NCBI GenBank assembly: GCA_043800535.1
Contig: JAZDMV010000008.1
Span: 9,251-73,250 of the forward strand
DNA length: 64,000 nucleotides
DNA from: a bacterium
GTDB taxonomy: Bacteria; Patescibacteriota; Minisyncoccia; Portnoybacterales; GWB1-42-6
Reading direction: 5' to 3'
Within the stretch, counting starts at the first letter, position 1, and each line of letters starts with the position of its first letter. This document shows positions 38,042 through 48,158 of this stretch, piece by piece. The position numbers were made by a program, and so were the translations under genes. Below the pieces are notes generated by a model. That model was not told the origin of the DNA. It was given only the letters and a program-made list of their open reading frames with translations, and ran no database searches.

Positions 38042-38251
38042 GCCAATGTTGTTAAAATTTTTGAGCGAAGCACAATGCGTAGCGATAAAAATTTTATCGC
38101 AACATTGAGCACCCCGCCCTCTATGCGACTTATGTCAGATATATAATAATGGACTAAGAAAATCGGCCGTTTGATATTCTTATTAAATTATACATTAGAT
38201 TAGAGGGCGAGGTAAAGGTTTTGTAATCCCGCTTAGCGGGAACAAAGCCCT

Positions 38252-39262
38252 TTACCACAAAAACCCCTCTTTTTCCCAGCCAAGCAATTTATCCATTTCG
38301 CCGAGCTTATCCTGGCTGCCCAAAATGACGCTGACAATCACACCTCGGCCGTTGGGCGGTTTTGTCGCGACCACCATGCAGTTGCCCGCTTCGTCAATGT
38401 AGCCGGTTTTGCCCGCGATTATTTCCGGATATTTGGCAAGGAGTTTGTTGGTGTTAGCCAGATGGTGCGTAAATTTTCCGTCAGACGAGGCAATGTCGGC
38501 TTCTGGCGTCTGCATGATGTAGTTCAAAAGAGGATATTTTATAACTTCGCGCATGATCCTGGCCACATCCTTGGCGGTTGAAACATTTTCTATTGCCAAA
38601 CCGCTTGGGTCAGAAAAACGCGTGGCTAAAAGGCCGATGTCATCAGCTTTTTTATTCATAAATTCCATAAACCTGCCATTGAATTTTTCGGCCAGCGCCA
38701 CAGCCGCGTCGTTGCTCGATTCGCTTAACATTATCCAAAGAAACGATTCAATTGTCAGAGTTTCGCCGGCCACCAGCCCTCCTGTCTCTCCTTCGGTGTC
38801 CACCGCGTTTTTTGTAATAGTAATTTCGTCTTTTAAATTTGCCCTGTCCATCACAACCAGAGCCGTGACGAGCTTTGATAAACTGGCAATAGGCCGGATA
38901 GCTTGCGGCTCTTTTTGCAAAAGAATTTTATTTGAATCCGTGTCCAGCACATAAACCGACTGCGCGGTCAGCTCTGGCTCAGGAACATTCCATCTGCGGA
39001 TCGGAGAAAACGGATCGCTGACAGGCATAAGAAAGGCGTTTTGCGCCACGGGTAGAACCGCGCCAAGATAAATTGATTGTTCGGGGGCATTGCTTGCCGC
39101 CATTTCGTTTCTGGCAGGTGACGCATCATCTTTAAAGAGATTGGTGCCAAACCAAACAGCGCCGACGATAACAAGCACACTGGCCAGTTTTAAGAAGTAA
39201 GAAGCGTCGAGTTGATTTTGAGAGGTAGTTTCGTTTTGCAAAGATGTAAATGTTAAATCCAA
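38252..39262 (-). CDS. D-alanyl-D-alanine carboxypeptidase (S11, PBP5-like)
   Basis: SxxK (ASLSKL), SxN (SESSNDAA) and KTG (KTGYIDEAG) motifs; N-terminal anchor. Confidence 0.85.
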   Translation of the reverse strand: MDLTFTSLQNETTSQNQLDASYFLKLASVLVIVGAVWFGTNLFKDDASPARNEMAASNAPEQSIYLGAVLPVAQNAFLMPVSDPFSPIRRWNVPEPELTAQSVYVLDTDSNKILLQKEPQAIRPIASLSKLVTALVVMDRANLKDEITITKNAVDTEGETGGLVAGETLTIESFLWIMLSESSNDAAVALAEKFNGRFMEFMNKKADDIGLLATRFSDPSGLAIENVSTAKDVARIMREVIKYPLLNYIMQTPEADIASSDGKFTHHLANTNKLLAKYPEIIAGKTGYIDEAGNCMVVATKPPNGRGVIVSVILGSQDKLGEMDKLLGWEKEGFLW

Positions 39263-39366
39263 ATTAAATCTCCCCTAACCCCTCCTAAAGGAGGGGAATT
39301 TTATTACTCCCTCCCTTTAGGGAGGGTTGGGGAGGATTTATTTAATAATTTGGACTTTGAGATTTG

Positions 39367-39876
39367 CTATTTCTTCTTCTGGCTGAAGCTTCCTTTTATT
39401 AACGTCGGGTCAAGCTTTGATAAAACTGCTGGCGCGATTTTAAGAGAGTTCTGATAATCCCCCGCGCTGACTATAATTTTTGATGGTTTGATAAGCGCGT
39501 TGTCAATGAATGTCGGCAGTTTGTAGAAAATTCCGAAAGCGGGCGTGGCGCCGACTTTGATGCCTTTGAGCGATTTTTTCATCCACTGTTCTTTGGCAAA
39601 ATCAATTTTTTTGAATGGTGCGAGCTTTGTTTTCTGCCTTTGTTTGTTTACGAGCGCGAGCAATTTTTTCTTGTCAAGATTTTTGCTGGCCGGGATCAAG
39701 GATAGCATATGATATTTGACGTCCAGGCTGACGACCACGCTTTTGGCCACTTCCTGCGGTTTTAATTTAAGCGTAGCTGCTTTATCAAGGGCGGTGTAAA
39801 CAACTCGGTGTTTTACGATTTCGTATTTGACTTTGTTTTTATCTAAAAAGTTAAGAAGGGACTTTGGGATAGGCAT
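39367..39876 (-). CDS. YbaK/ProX-type aminoacyl-tRNA deacylase domain protein
   Basis: 169 aa; N-terminal LNFLDKNKVKYEIVKH and YbaK fold pattern. Confidence 0.7.
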   Translation of the reverse strand: MPIPKSLLNFLDKNKVKYEIVKHRVVYTALDKAATLKLKPQEVAKSVVVSLDVKYHMLSLIPASKNLDKKKLLALVNKQRQKTKLAPFKKIDFAKEQWMKKSLKGIKVGATPAFGIFYKLPTFIDNALIKPSKIIVSAGDYQNSLKIAPAVLSKLDPTLIKGSFSQKKK

Positions 39877-39883
39877 GGTGGCA

Positions 39884-39994
39884 TGTCATTCCGTGCTTGC
39901 TTGCCCGTCCGTAGCTTTAGCGAAGGAGGGACACGGAATCCAGCCAGCCTGTTGCGGCAGATGGATCCCGCATCAAGTGCGGGATGACAGGAAT
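39884..39994. repeat. Copy E of the modular AATGACA element (longest form, about 110 nt)
   Basis: TGTCATTCCGTG-CTTGCTTGCCCGTCCGTAGCTTTAGCGAAGGAGGGA-CACGGAATCCAG...GGATCCCGCAtcaagTGCGGGATGACAGGAAT; begins 8 nt upstream of the ybaK-like start codon. Confidence 0.85.
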
Positions 39995-40198
39995 ATAAAT
40001 TTAAATTTCTCTTCCTGTCAGTTTATCACAACTTCTGAAATTTTCAAATAAATTCCGTTGATCCGCGCTAAAAGGCGGAGCATCCAAAAAAGTATCTTTT
40101 TATACTTTCCATTTAACCTCTGCCTGAAAGTAAAGGATCTCTGGATGTAACGGGATAAAAAAATGGCCTGCTTGATAAGCAGGCCACATGGCAATTTT

Positions 40199-40567
40199 TT
40201 ATCCGGCGCGAAAGTATGGCAGCGCCTGGAAAAGGAACAATTTAATCTCGTCAAGTAATACGGGAAATCCATCGTCAGAGATGAGAACTTTTTGCAGCCG
40301 CAGCGTGGCGATGGGAAGGATGAATAGGCAATTCCAGAATTTGCTGCAGACAAGGGAATAATGGACAGTTTGGACAAAACAGGAAAGGTCTTCGAGTTCC
40401 TGGGCGTATTGCTCTGCAATATCAATTTGTGCCTGGAATTTGGCCCGTGCCTGAATGCCGCTGTGGTCAAGGGGTTCGTGTTCCTGCTTCTTTTGTGTGG
40501 CCGTCGCAAAGATTAAAAGTTCTTCTCGCCGTTTTTCCAGAATATCACACAGCGAGAAGACACTCAT
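40199..40567 (-). CDS. Hypothetical protein (about 123 aa)
   Basis: ORF overlaps the upstream 387-aa gene; internal ATG at 40567 chosen to limit the overlap to about 22 nt. Q/E/A/L-rich helical sequence with no motif. Confidence 0.3.
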   Translation of the reverse strand: MSVFSLCDILEKRREELLIFATATQKKQEHEPLDHSGIQARAKFQAQIDIAEQYAQELEDLSCFVQTVHYSLVCSKFWNCLFILPIATLRLQKVLISDDGFPVLLDEIKLFLFQALPYFRAG

Positions 40568-41708
40568 CTGCGCTTTCGCTGACATCATTTGGCATAACAT
40601 ATTCGGCCTCCTTTCCTGCGCTTGGCATAACTTCAAAGACAATGTGGTCTTTTTGGCGGCCAGATCTATCACGGCTTTTTTTGTCGGACAATCCAGTGGT
40701 TATTCGAAGCTGAACATCCCCTATTCTTTTTTTTGGCTTTGGCAGGACAAGGTTTGCGAGTTTTCTTTCTTTTGTCGGTTCTCCGTTCCAGCCAAAGAGG
40801 TCAACGTAGTTTTTCCACAAAGGATTATGGTTGCCTTTTGGCAGATATCTGTTGAGCATTTCTATCTTGAGATATTTTGGAAGCTTTCTAAATGAGCGCG
40901 TTCGTCCGATGAAGCCGACCCGATTGAGGTTTTGGAAACTGCGGGAAAAGCTTTTTTTGTAGATATCCAGATACAGGTCAGAAAACCTCATGAGCCCCCT
41001 AAGATGGTTTTGCAGGCGGTCGTTGAGTTCCAGTTCCGCGAAAAAGACATCGTTTAATAAGTTCCGGTCAACTAACGAAACAACGAACCGTGCTCCATTA
41101 AGAGCGGGTTTGTATGACACTGAACTGAAAACGGTCTTGTGTTTTCGCGAATAATAGTTTCTTTCCGTGGGAACGAGAAAAGGATTTTCTGAATATGCGC
41201 CTTTCTTTCTTAACTTTACAGCGATGTCGGTAAAAATTTGGAGCATGTCAAAGATTATTGGAGAGGCCACCATATATTGCTGGTCGGTCATGGAAAACCA
41301 TTCTCTTCTTCTCTCGATCGCACGGTGTTTGATCCCGTTATTCTTTAACGCCGCACCGAAATTATTGACAAGATATTCGGAAATCAGAATAAACCATTCA
41401 CGTCTGTATCTTTTGCGGTTTTCGTTTTTTATCGGCCTTTCTCTCCTGATGGATTTGGGCATAAGGGCCCGATGATAAGGACGGGATTCGCCAAGGCCAA
41501 TCTCACAAAGGACAGCTTCTTCGTATTTTTTTGATTGGAATTCGCCGGGGCCAATGACGGCCAGCACTCCGAGCCCCGGCGTCGGGTTTACGGTAATCCC
41601 AGGATGCGAAATATCAATGACCACTGCCGCAAATTGTTTTACTCGCTCTACGTCTTTTGCGATCAAGATAGGAATTTCAGCCGGGCTTATCCCGTTCATT
41701 TTTATCAC
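40545..41708 (-). CDS. Hypothetical protein, 387 aa, no recognisable family
   Basis: RBS GAGGTGATAAAA before ATG. Own promoter region with a 13-bp IR (TCCCTCACATGGG...CCCATGTGAGGGA) upstream. No motif matches from sequence inspection. Confidence 0.6.
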   Translation of the reverse strand: MIKMNGISPAEIPILIAKDVERVKQFAAVVIDISHPGITVNPTPGLGVLAVIGPGEFQSKKYEEAVLCEIGLGESRPYHRALMPKSIRRERPIKNENRKRYRREWFILISEYLVNNFGAALKNNGIKHRAIERRREWFSMTDQQYMVASPIIFDMLQIFTDIAVKLRKKGAYSENPFLVPTERNYYSRKHKTVFSSVSYKPALNGARFVVSLVDRNLLNDVFFAELELNDRLQNHLRGLMRFSDLYLDIYKKSFSRSFQNLNRVGFIGRTRSFRKLPKYLKIEMLNRYLPKGNHNPLWKNYVDLFGWNGEPTKERKLANLVLPKPKKRIGDVQLRITTGLSDKKSRDRSGRQKDHIVFEVMPSAGKEAEYVMPNDVSESADECLLAV

Positions 41709-41896
41709 CTCGCTTTCTTTATTAAGTTTTTAAGTTTCTGATTGAATTCTATCAAGCACTGGCGCGTTGGACAAACAGCGCTTGTGGATAAATCCCTCAC
41801 ATGGGGTGCATATCTTTTTTTGGTGTCTGTCCCATGTGAGGGAGAAAAAGCGGGTTTGCTGGGAATAAATTCCTACACCAGGTTTTTTGGTGTGGG

Positions 41897-41935
41897 AATA
41901 AAAAACCCTGACGCTTGAGGCGTCAGGGCGGATGA
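41897..41935 (-). terminator. Rho-independent terminator after the AsnB-like gene
   Basis: CCCTGACGC-ctcaa-GCGTCAGGG followed by TTTTTTATTCC on the minus strand. Confidence 0.7.
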
Positions 41936-41946
41936 CTGAAAAGGTG

Positions 41947-42765
41947 CTAGAACTTATCTAATCCCGAGCAAAATCCGACTTTTTTCCGCTCAATAATTTC
42001 GAGCAGAAGGTATTTTCGCGCGATATTGCGCAAAGGGATTTTGCTTTCTTCGTGCGAGGTGCGTTCGTGGACCGGAATGCCGGCTATATATTTGACAGCC
42101 GGCAGCTGGAGGTAAGGCAAAAGGAGCTTGATTTTGAAATGGTCTGCATCCCTTTGCAACGGCTTGAGGTGTTTAGGGACGAGTTGTCTCCAAAAATCCC
42201 TAAAAGCTTCCTCCTGGTTCAATCCGACATTTCCGCGGTGCGGCCAGTAGCCGCCTAATAGCTCGTCAATGCCATCGTGGGCAATCACTGCGTTGGCGCC
42301 GTTTAAGGCCATTGTGCGATATACCGTGAATACGGCGATATCACCGCCTGTTGGCGTCTGGACTTTAGGAAAAGCGTTTTGAAACGCTTTTTTCCAGTAG
42401 ATTTCTTCGTTGTTTTTGTCATATCCTGTCGGCACTATTTCCACATGGTTGGCTCCAAAAATTTTGGAAATAGTGCGAGCGTACATGATATCTGGATGCT
42501 CTTTATTCCCCCCTATTGTATAGGTGGAAATGACTGCCTTTGGAAAAAGCTGGCGTATGATAGCAAGGCAGAACGAAGAGTCAAGGCCGCCAGACAATGT
42601 CATAAATATCCAGCCGTCCTTATTGCAGGACATACACCATTCGGCACATGTTTTGATGGCCGCTTTAAGGATTTTTTCAAGCTCGGGTTCATTCCAATTT
42701 GGATTCGCCGCCGAAATGACTTCTTGCGTTACAGCTGTTTGCCAATCGTTTAATATGTTCGGCAT
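41947..42765 (-). CDS. Stand-alone asparagine-synthetase-type ATP pyrophosphatase (PP-loop) domain protein
   Basis: SGGLDSS PP-loop, TYTIGG and DGIDELLGGYWPHRG matching the AsnB C-terminal domain. RBS AGGAGGTG before ATG at 42765; no glutaminase domain. Confidence 0.75.
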   Translation of the reverse strand: MPNILNDWQTAVTQEVISAANPNWNEPELEKILKAAIKTCAEWCMSCNKDGWIFMTLSGGLDSSFCLAIIRQLFPKAVISTYTIGGNKEHPDIMYARTISKIFGANHVEIVPTGYDKNNEEIYWKKAFQNAFPKVQTPTGGDIAVFTVYRTMALNGANAVIAHDGIDELLGGYWPHRGNVGLNQEEAFRDFWRQLVPKHLKPLQRDADHFKIKLLLPYLQLPAVKYIAGIPVHERTSHEESKIPLRNIARKYLLLEIIERKKVGFCSGLDKF

Positions 42766-42877
42766 ATTTACACCTCCTAATTTTGATTTTTTGTTGGTTT
42801 TTAGGTACAAAAATAATCACCGGAGTGATTATTTATATTAGCATAAAGAATGCTCTGTGTCAAGTTGTTAATTCGCA

Positions 42878-43174
42878 TTATTCAAAAACCGCCTCGGTTT
42901 TACCAAAAGTTCTTTTTTTGACAATTTTAAAAGCCCGGTTTTGGTGGTCGTAAAGCTTGCCAGAAAAAGTTCTATCCAGGACATGAGATAATTTGTTACC
43001 AGAAAGCAGATGCTTTATTTGATATCTTTCCCCCTTCATGTTTTTTTGCGAAAACAAAAAACAGTGATGCAGCTCATGCCGCGCGTTTTGTCGCGATTTT
43101 AAATGATGCATGTGGTGGACAAAATAAAGACGCGTCTGCTCTTTTTCGCTTAATAAATTTTTGTGGTTTTTCAT
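42878..43174 (-). CDS. Small His-rich protein, possible degenerate HNH-like fold
   Basis: 98 aa; VHHMHHL...QNAR..HELHHC. 24 nt downstream of ychF on the same strand. Confidence 0.4.
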   Translation of the reverse strand: MKNHKNLLSEKEQTRLYFVHHMHHLKSRQNARHELHHCFLFSQKNMKGERYQIKHLLSGNKLSHVLDRTFSGKLYDHQNRAFKIVKKRTFGKTEAVFE

Positions 43175-43198
43175 GTTTTTTAAATTACCAGAAAATAT

Positions 43199-44272
43199 TT
43201 AAACGCCGACGTGGAAATAAATTACGTCGCCGTCCTGCACAATATATTCTTTTCCTTCAAGGCGCATACGCCCGGATTCTTTCAAATGTGGCCAGCCGCC
43301 GAGCGTCACAAAATCTTGCCAGTTAACCACGTCGGCTTTGATAAAACCTTTAATAAAATCAGTGTGGATGACACCGGCCGCCTGAGGGGCCTTGGCGCCG
43401 CGCCGGACTGTCCAGGCGCGGGTTTCGGGCTCGCCGCTGGTCAGAAAAGTTATTAAGTCCAGCAGTTTATAGCTTTTGGCAATTAGTTTATCCAGGCCGG
43501 TTTCTTCTATGTTGAGCGACTTTAGATATTCTCTGGCTTCGTTCTCTGGCAGGTCAGCTAATTCCGCTTCTAGCTTTGCGCAAATTTCAATTTGCTCGGT
43601 GCCCTCCTCAATTTTTGGCGTCTCGGCCGGTTTGTTTTCATCGCTGTTTATAACATAGAGGACCGGCTTCATGGTCAACAAGTTGAGGTCAGCTACAAGT
43701 TTCTTTTCGTCTTGGTCCAGACCAGCGTCTCTGGCAGGTTTACCCTGTTCTAAAACTGCATAGATCTTTTCGCAGACAGCCAGTTGTTTTGGCGCCAGTT
43801 TGTCCGAGGGGTTTTTGGCGGCGCTCCGCAGGTTTTCCAGCCGCTTCTGCACTGTGGCCAGGTCCGCCAAAGCCAGTTCCAGGCCTATTATTTGGGTATC
43901 GGATACTGGGTCAATTTTGCTTTGAGTATTGATGATTTTGGTATCGGAGAAAGCCCGGACAACCTCAACTATGGCATCCACCTCGCGGATGTGGGAAAGG
44001 AATTTATTGCCAAGACCCTCCCCCTTTGAGGCGCCGGCCACTAGGCCGGCAATGTCCACAAATTCTATTACCGTCGGGATGATCTTTTTTGACCTTGAAA
44101 CCTCGGCGAGTTTAGCCAGGCGGCCGTCAGGGACCTCAACAACGCCCACGTTGGGGTCTATGGTGCAGAAAGGATAATTTGCTACGTTGGCCTGCTTTGA
44201 ACGTGTTAAGGCGTTAAACAGCGTTGACTTTCCGACATTTGGCAGGCCGACGATGCCGACTGATAAAGGCAT
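43199..44272 (-). CDS. ychF: Ribosome-binding ATPase YchF (Obg-family GTPase)
   Basis: [19 protein letters not shown]1 motif, [13 protein letters not shown] motif and C-terminal TGS domain. Confidence 0.9.
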   Translation of the reverse strand: MPLSVGIVGLPNVGKSTLFNALTRSKQANVANYPFCTIDPNVGVVEVPDGRLAKLAEVSRSKKIIPTVIEFVDIAGLVAGASKGEGLGNKFLSHIREVDAIVEVVRAFSDTKIINTQSKIDPVSDTQIIGLELALADLATVQKRLENLRSAAKNPSDKLAPKQLAVCEKIYAVLEQGKPARDAGLDQDEKKLVADLNLLTMKPVLYVINSDENKPAETPKIEEGTEQIEICAKLEAELADLPENEAREYLKSLNIEETGLDKLIAKSYKLLDLITFLTSGEPETRAWTVRRGAKAPQAAGVIHTDFIKGFIKADVVNWQDFVTLGGWPHLKESGRMRLEGKEYIVQDGDVIYFHVGV

Positions 44273-44397
44273 AAATTTGCTGCGGTGCGCACTTAAACAA
44301 TTCTCATAAAATCCTATCAGATTTTTGGGTTCGGGGCAAATGAAAAGGCCCTTTACGAGAAAGGGCCTGGCGACCTTTGTGGTCAGGATTGGTGTTT

Positions 44398-44829
44398 TTA
44401 TGCACCGGCAATCGTCTGAACCGGAGCAATCAGTTCTTTTAGCGTTAGCGTTTGAGTTGTCGCGTCTGACACTTTTTTGTTGGCTTTCAAAAGAGCTGAT
44501 TTCAGCTCGGACAGAAAAATGTAGAAACGCGGATTTGTGGGGTTATCAGCGAACTCCCTGATGAATGCAGTGGCAAATTCCTCTCCGGACTCCTGATATA
44601 CCCGGTCGAGCACCGCACCGCAACATTCCTCCACAACTTGTCTGCCAAGAAATCGACTGACTACATAGGTTTCGTCAGTTCGTCTGGGATGGGTCCGGCC
44701 GCAGACTTCGCAGAGTATGGGGCCGTCGGTACCCCAGCTTTCGTTATTCCATTGTGTTCTGAAGCATACCCCAAGCTTGCTTGGGCCGTAAGGTTTTGGG
44801 TGTTTCCGTTTTTTCTTGTTCATTGTCAT
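44398..44829 (-). CDS. Hypothetical Cys-containing small protein (143 aa)
   Basis: RBS AAGGGGGTT before ATG. Lys-rich N-terminus; CxxC (CEVC) and CC pairs. Confidence 0.55.
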   Translation of the reverse strand: MTMNKKKRKHPKPYGPSKLGVCFRTQWNNESWGTDGPILCEVCGRTHPRRTDETYVVSRFLGRQVVEECCGAVLDRVYQESGEEFATAFIREFADNPTNPRFYIFLSELKSALLKANKKVSDATTQTLTLKELIAPVQTIAGA

Positions 44830-44939
44830 AACCCCCTTATTTGGATTTTAAGTTACAAATTCTACTAAAGTTAGCAGACGATCGTCCTATAACTTTAGTA
44901 GCTGGCGAAATTGCATCAATTGCTTGATACCTTATCGTA

Positions 44940-45533
44940 TCAGAAGAATTTGAAAGTCACAAGTATCTGGTTTAAGGCGTCGAAGACTTTATTTTTATCA
45001 ACCTCTTTGACCGTGCCTTCAGGATAATTGCCGATGTTGCCGGTGTGGACGGTCAGATTAAGCTCATAGCACCAGTTGTTGCGGACTGTCCGATAGACCT
45101 GTGAGTCGTATAAATTTCCAGCTGCCGCGCCGGTGGTCGTGTCTTTATAGAACGTTACGCCGTTTATCACTTGAGTTTCGGTCAGAGCCACTTTGTCATT
45201 TTCGCTCTTTAAGCAGTCAGGGAAATTATACTGGTTGCTGACTGAAAAAGCGTAATCACCAAGATTGGTGCCTGGAAAATTTGTAGCGTCGGCCTGGATC
45301 TGGACTAATGGATTTTCGAGAAACGAATAGCCGGTCGGCTCCACAAAATAAAATTCGGCAGGATATTGGAATTGAAAATTATCGGTTCCGTTCTTGTAGG
45401 TCTGAAGATTATTTGATGGTTGGTTTTGGATGGGCGGCGCGGCGGGCGTTTTGTGGAAAATAAAATATCCTAATATTCCTGCAAGAATTAAGGTGGTAAT
45501 TATAAAAAATATTGTGGAGGCCTTATAGTTCAT
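44940..45533 (-). CDS. Hypothetical secreted/membrane-anchored protein
   Basis: N-terminal TM, 197 aa, N/T/Y-rich beta-like sequence. Confidence 0.5.
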   Translation of the reverse strand: MNYKASTIFFIITTLILAGILGYFIFHKTPAAPPIQNQPSNNLQTYKNGTDNFQFQYPAEFYFVEPTGYSFLENPLVQIQADATNFPGTNLGDYAFSVSNQYNFPDCLKSENDKVALTETQVINGVTFYKDTTTGAAAGNLYDSQVYRTVRNNWCYELNLTVHTGNIGNYPEGTVKEVDKNKVFDALNQILVTFKFF

Positions 45534-45748
45534 AAATTTAAATACGAATAAGAGGGCGGATTTGTTTTCGGCAGCCCCGAGTGAGGCGACAAATCAAATT
45601 TGGTGGGCTATTCTTAAAATAGTTCGGACGCAATTCGCCCCGCCGTGGCGGGGTATATTCCCTTGTTTGATAATTAGCAGAATAGATAGAGGGTCAACTT
45701 TTTTGTAAAATTAACTATATAGAGGACATAGGGTTTAATAATTTTAAT

Positions 45749-46231
45749 TTATGGAGTGTCCCAACATCCGGGGTGGTCGTAATAGTAGAGTGGGTATTCC
45801 CCTTTAGCCCCGCTACTTATGCAATACCAATTGCCATTATTAAGCGGGACCATCCACGACCAAGTAGTGTCACAACCGATAGTTGTCCCGCCTGTATAGA
45901 TACGATAGCCTGGGTCGTAGTTGACATTATTGTATATCGCTTTACAAATTTGGCGGGCTTTATCGGCATAAGTTCCAGAAAATGCAGTATCACAAGTGGG
46001 ACCGCTGGCAGTAATCCATCCCGCCTGCAAGTTGCAATAATTTCCGTAATCATCGTAGTTGAATTGCATCAAGGTAGCAACTTGATCAAGTTCTGCCTTA
46101 ATACTGGCATCTCTCGCTTTAGTCCTCGCGCTATTTAAACTTACCAAAACAATCGTCGCCAAAACCCCAATAATAGCAATGACCACCAAAAGTTCAATAA
46201 GTGTAAAACCTTTATTATTTCTCAAATACAT
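45749..46231 (-). CDS. Type IV pilin-like protein (prepilin N-terminal methylation motif)
   Basis: [19 protein letters not shown] class III signal peptide. Confidence 0.75.
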   Translation of the reverse strand: MYLRNNKGFTLIELLVVIAIIGVLATIVLVSLNSARTKARDASIKAELDQVATLMQFNYDDYGNYCNLQAGWITASGPTCDTAFSGTYADKARQICKAIYNNVNYDPGYRIYTGGTTIGCDTTWSWMVPLNNGNWYCISSGAKGEYPLYYYDHPGCWDTP

Positions 46232-46484
46232 TTACATTTTCTTAATACTAATAATACCCTGCTTATTTACGGGCATTTGTTTTATTTTCCCTGATCCATA
46301 GAAAAATTAGATTTAAAATTTATTATGAAAAATTTTCTTTCCCCAAAATTAAAATGCAGTTCGAGCCGATATTTTCCGGTTCTTTGGCAGTTTTTACGAA
46401 AGAACGCGGCGAGCCCCGCGGGCGAGCCGCAAATTAAGGGGGCTTTTCCTCGCCGCCTGTGGCGGCGAAAAATGTTCGAGCTAA

Positions 46485-46555
46485 TTCACGAATGTGGACC
46501 TAGGCAGAATCGAACTGCCATCTCCTCATTGCAAATGAGGTGTTCTACCACTAAA
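46485..46555 (-). tRNA. tRNA-Ala (anticodon UGC)
   Basis: Folded by hand: acceptor GGGCCUA/UAGGUCC with G3:U70, D-arm GUUU-AGUGGUA-GAAC, anticodon loop UUUGCAA, T-arm GGCAG-UUCGAUU-CUGCC, discriminator A; CCA not encoded. Confidence 0.85.
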
Positions 46556-46690
46556 CTATAGGCCCGTATAAATTTAACGGGGCAGGCTGAGCTATGGGTC
46601 CACCCAAATTATCAATCTCATTGTCTCGTTTCGCGAGATGTCCCGTAGGGAAACAAATGTGGTGCTCTACCGACTGAGCTATCGGCCCTT
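46556..46690 (-). pseudogene. tRNA-like 5' fragments (acceptor + D-arm only), no complete cloverleaf
   Basis: GGGCCGATAGCTCAGTCGGTAGAGCACC (perfect acceptor/D-arm) and GGACCCATAGCTCAGCCTG lack matching anticodon, T-arm and 3' acceptor. Confidence 0.3.
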
Positions 46691-46875
46691 AATTTGTTCA
46701 TAATCTAACACAAATACGCATTTTTTTCAAATTAAGTGTTGCGGGGATTGTTTTATTGGGGTATAATAAAAAGAATGTTTTTAAAAAATTATTTACTCCC
46801 TTCTTTGAAAAAGGAGGGGTGGGGTGGATTTAAATCTCCCTTACCCCCTCTTTACGAAAGAGGGGAATTTTTCAG

Positions 46876-48015
46876 ATGAAAAAAAATTACGCAAAGCTAG
46901 GGATTGAGGTGCATAAAAAGATGCACGGAAAAATTTCCGTTGTTTCCAAAAAGCCGGTAAAGACGATGGACGACTTAAGCATTCTTTATACGCCCGGCGT
47001 TGGCGCGGCTTCTTCATATCTTGCGGCACACAAAAACGAAATTCGCGCAATGACGATAAAAAACAATACGGTTGCCGTTGTTTCTGACGGTTCGGCGGTT
47101 CTGGGGCTGGGAAATCTTGGGCCGGAGGGCGCAATTCCCGTTATGGAAGGCAAATGCGTTCTATTCAAGGAGTTTGGCGGGGTTGACGCGTTCCCAATTG
47201 TTTTAGATACACAGAACCCCGACGAAATTGTGGAAACAGTCAAAAACATTGCGCCGATCTTTGGCGGAATTAACCTGGAAGATATTTCGGCGCCGCGATG
47301 TTTTGAAATTGAAGAACGGCTTGAAAAGCTTTTGGATATTCCTCTGATGCACGACGACCAACATGGCACGGCAATAGTGGTGCTGGCTGGGTTGATAAAC
47401 GCTTTAAAGGTTACCGGCAAAAAAGTGTCGCAAAGCAAATTTGTGATTGTCGGCGCGGGCGCGGCCGGAAATGCGACAGCTAAACTTTTGCACGGGATCG
47501 GCGCCGAAGACATTATTGTTTGTGACAGTAAAGGAATAATCGACCGGCGCAGAAAGGATCTAGACCCGTATAAAAAAGCACTGGCAAAAATTACGAATAA
47601 AGATAATGTGTATGGCGGCGTGGCAGTGGCGGCTGAAGGCGCGGACGCGATAATCGGCGTTTCAAAACCGGGTTCTATAACGGCCGAGCACATAAAGTTA
47701 ATGGCAAAAAAACCGATTGTTTTCGCCCTGGCCAATCCGATTCCTGAAATTATGCCGGATGTTGCAAAAAAGGCGGGTGCTTTTATCATTGCCACAGGCC
47801 GTTCCGATTTTCCTAATCAAATCAACAATGTTTTGGGGTTTCCTGGAATTTTCCGCGGGGCGCTTGACCACAATGTCAAAAAAATAACGCCTGGAATAAA
47901 ATTAAAAGCGGCAAAAGCATTAGCCGCCTTGGTAAAGAAACCGAGCCGGACAAATATTGTGCCAAACGTCTTTGACAAACGCGTAGCAAAAGCAGTCGCT
48001 AACGCGGTAAGGTAA
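46876..48015 (+). CDS. NAD(P)-dependent malic enzyme (short form, MaeB-like)
   Basis: LSILYTPGVG..., GAGAAG Rossmann motif and malic enzyme domains; 379 aa. Confidence 0.9.
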   Translation: MKKNYAKLGIEVHKKMHGKISVVSKKPVKTMDDLSILYTPGVGAASSYLAAHKNEIRAMTIKNNTVAVVSDGSAVLGLGNLGPEGAIPVMEGKCVLFKEFGGVDAFPIVLDTQNPDEIVETVKNIAPIFGGINLEDISAPRCFEIEERLEKLLDIPLMHDDQHGTAIVVLAGLINALKVTGKKVSQSKFVIVGAGAAGNATAKLLHGIGAEDIIVCDSKGIIDRRRKDLDPYKKALAKITNKDNVYGGVAVAAEGADAIIGVSKPGSITAEHIKLMAKKPIVFALANPIPEIMPDVAKKAGAFIIATGRSDFPNQINNVLGFPGIFRGALDHNVKKITPGIKLKAAKALAALVKKPSRTNIVPNVFDKRVAKAVANAVR

Positions 48016-48044
48016 CGGGCTGTAGGCGATCGTGAAATGCTATA

Positions 48045-48086
48045 GTGCATACACTCCCGTGCTCCCGAGCACGGGAGTGTATGCAC
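48045..48086. repeat. 42-nt perfect palindrome, copy 3
   Basis: GTGCATACACTCCCGTGCTC-CC-GAGCACGGGAGTGTATGCAC, 30 nt after the malic enzyme stop. Confidence 0.9.
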
Positions 48087-48098
48087 GAATAGAAACAT

Positions 48099-48125
48099 AA
48101 AGACCCCGCACAATGCGGGGTCTTT
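48099..48125. terminator. Hairpin terminator between malic enzyme and tRNA-Ile
   Basis: AAAGACCCCGCA-caa-TGCGGGGTCTTT. Confidence 0.5.
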
Positions 48126-48158
48126 ATGGCTTCGCCATTCCGAAGCCTTGGCGAAGGA

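Noticed and set aside
40018-40895. Overlapping ORFs 40018-40509 (-), 40429-40713 (+) and 40455-40895 (+)
   Set aside because: They mutually overlap each other and the 3' end of the 387-aa gene in alternative frames, with low-complexity translations. Only the 40199-40567 minus-strand ORF was kept, at low confidence.
46325-46561. 78-aa + ORF downstream of the tRNA genes
   Set aside because: It overlaps tRNA-Ala and GC hairpins (TCGCCGCC-tgt-GGCGGCGA) and has no RBS; likely non-coding.
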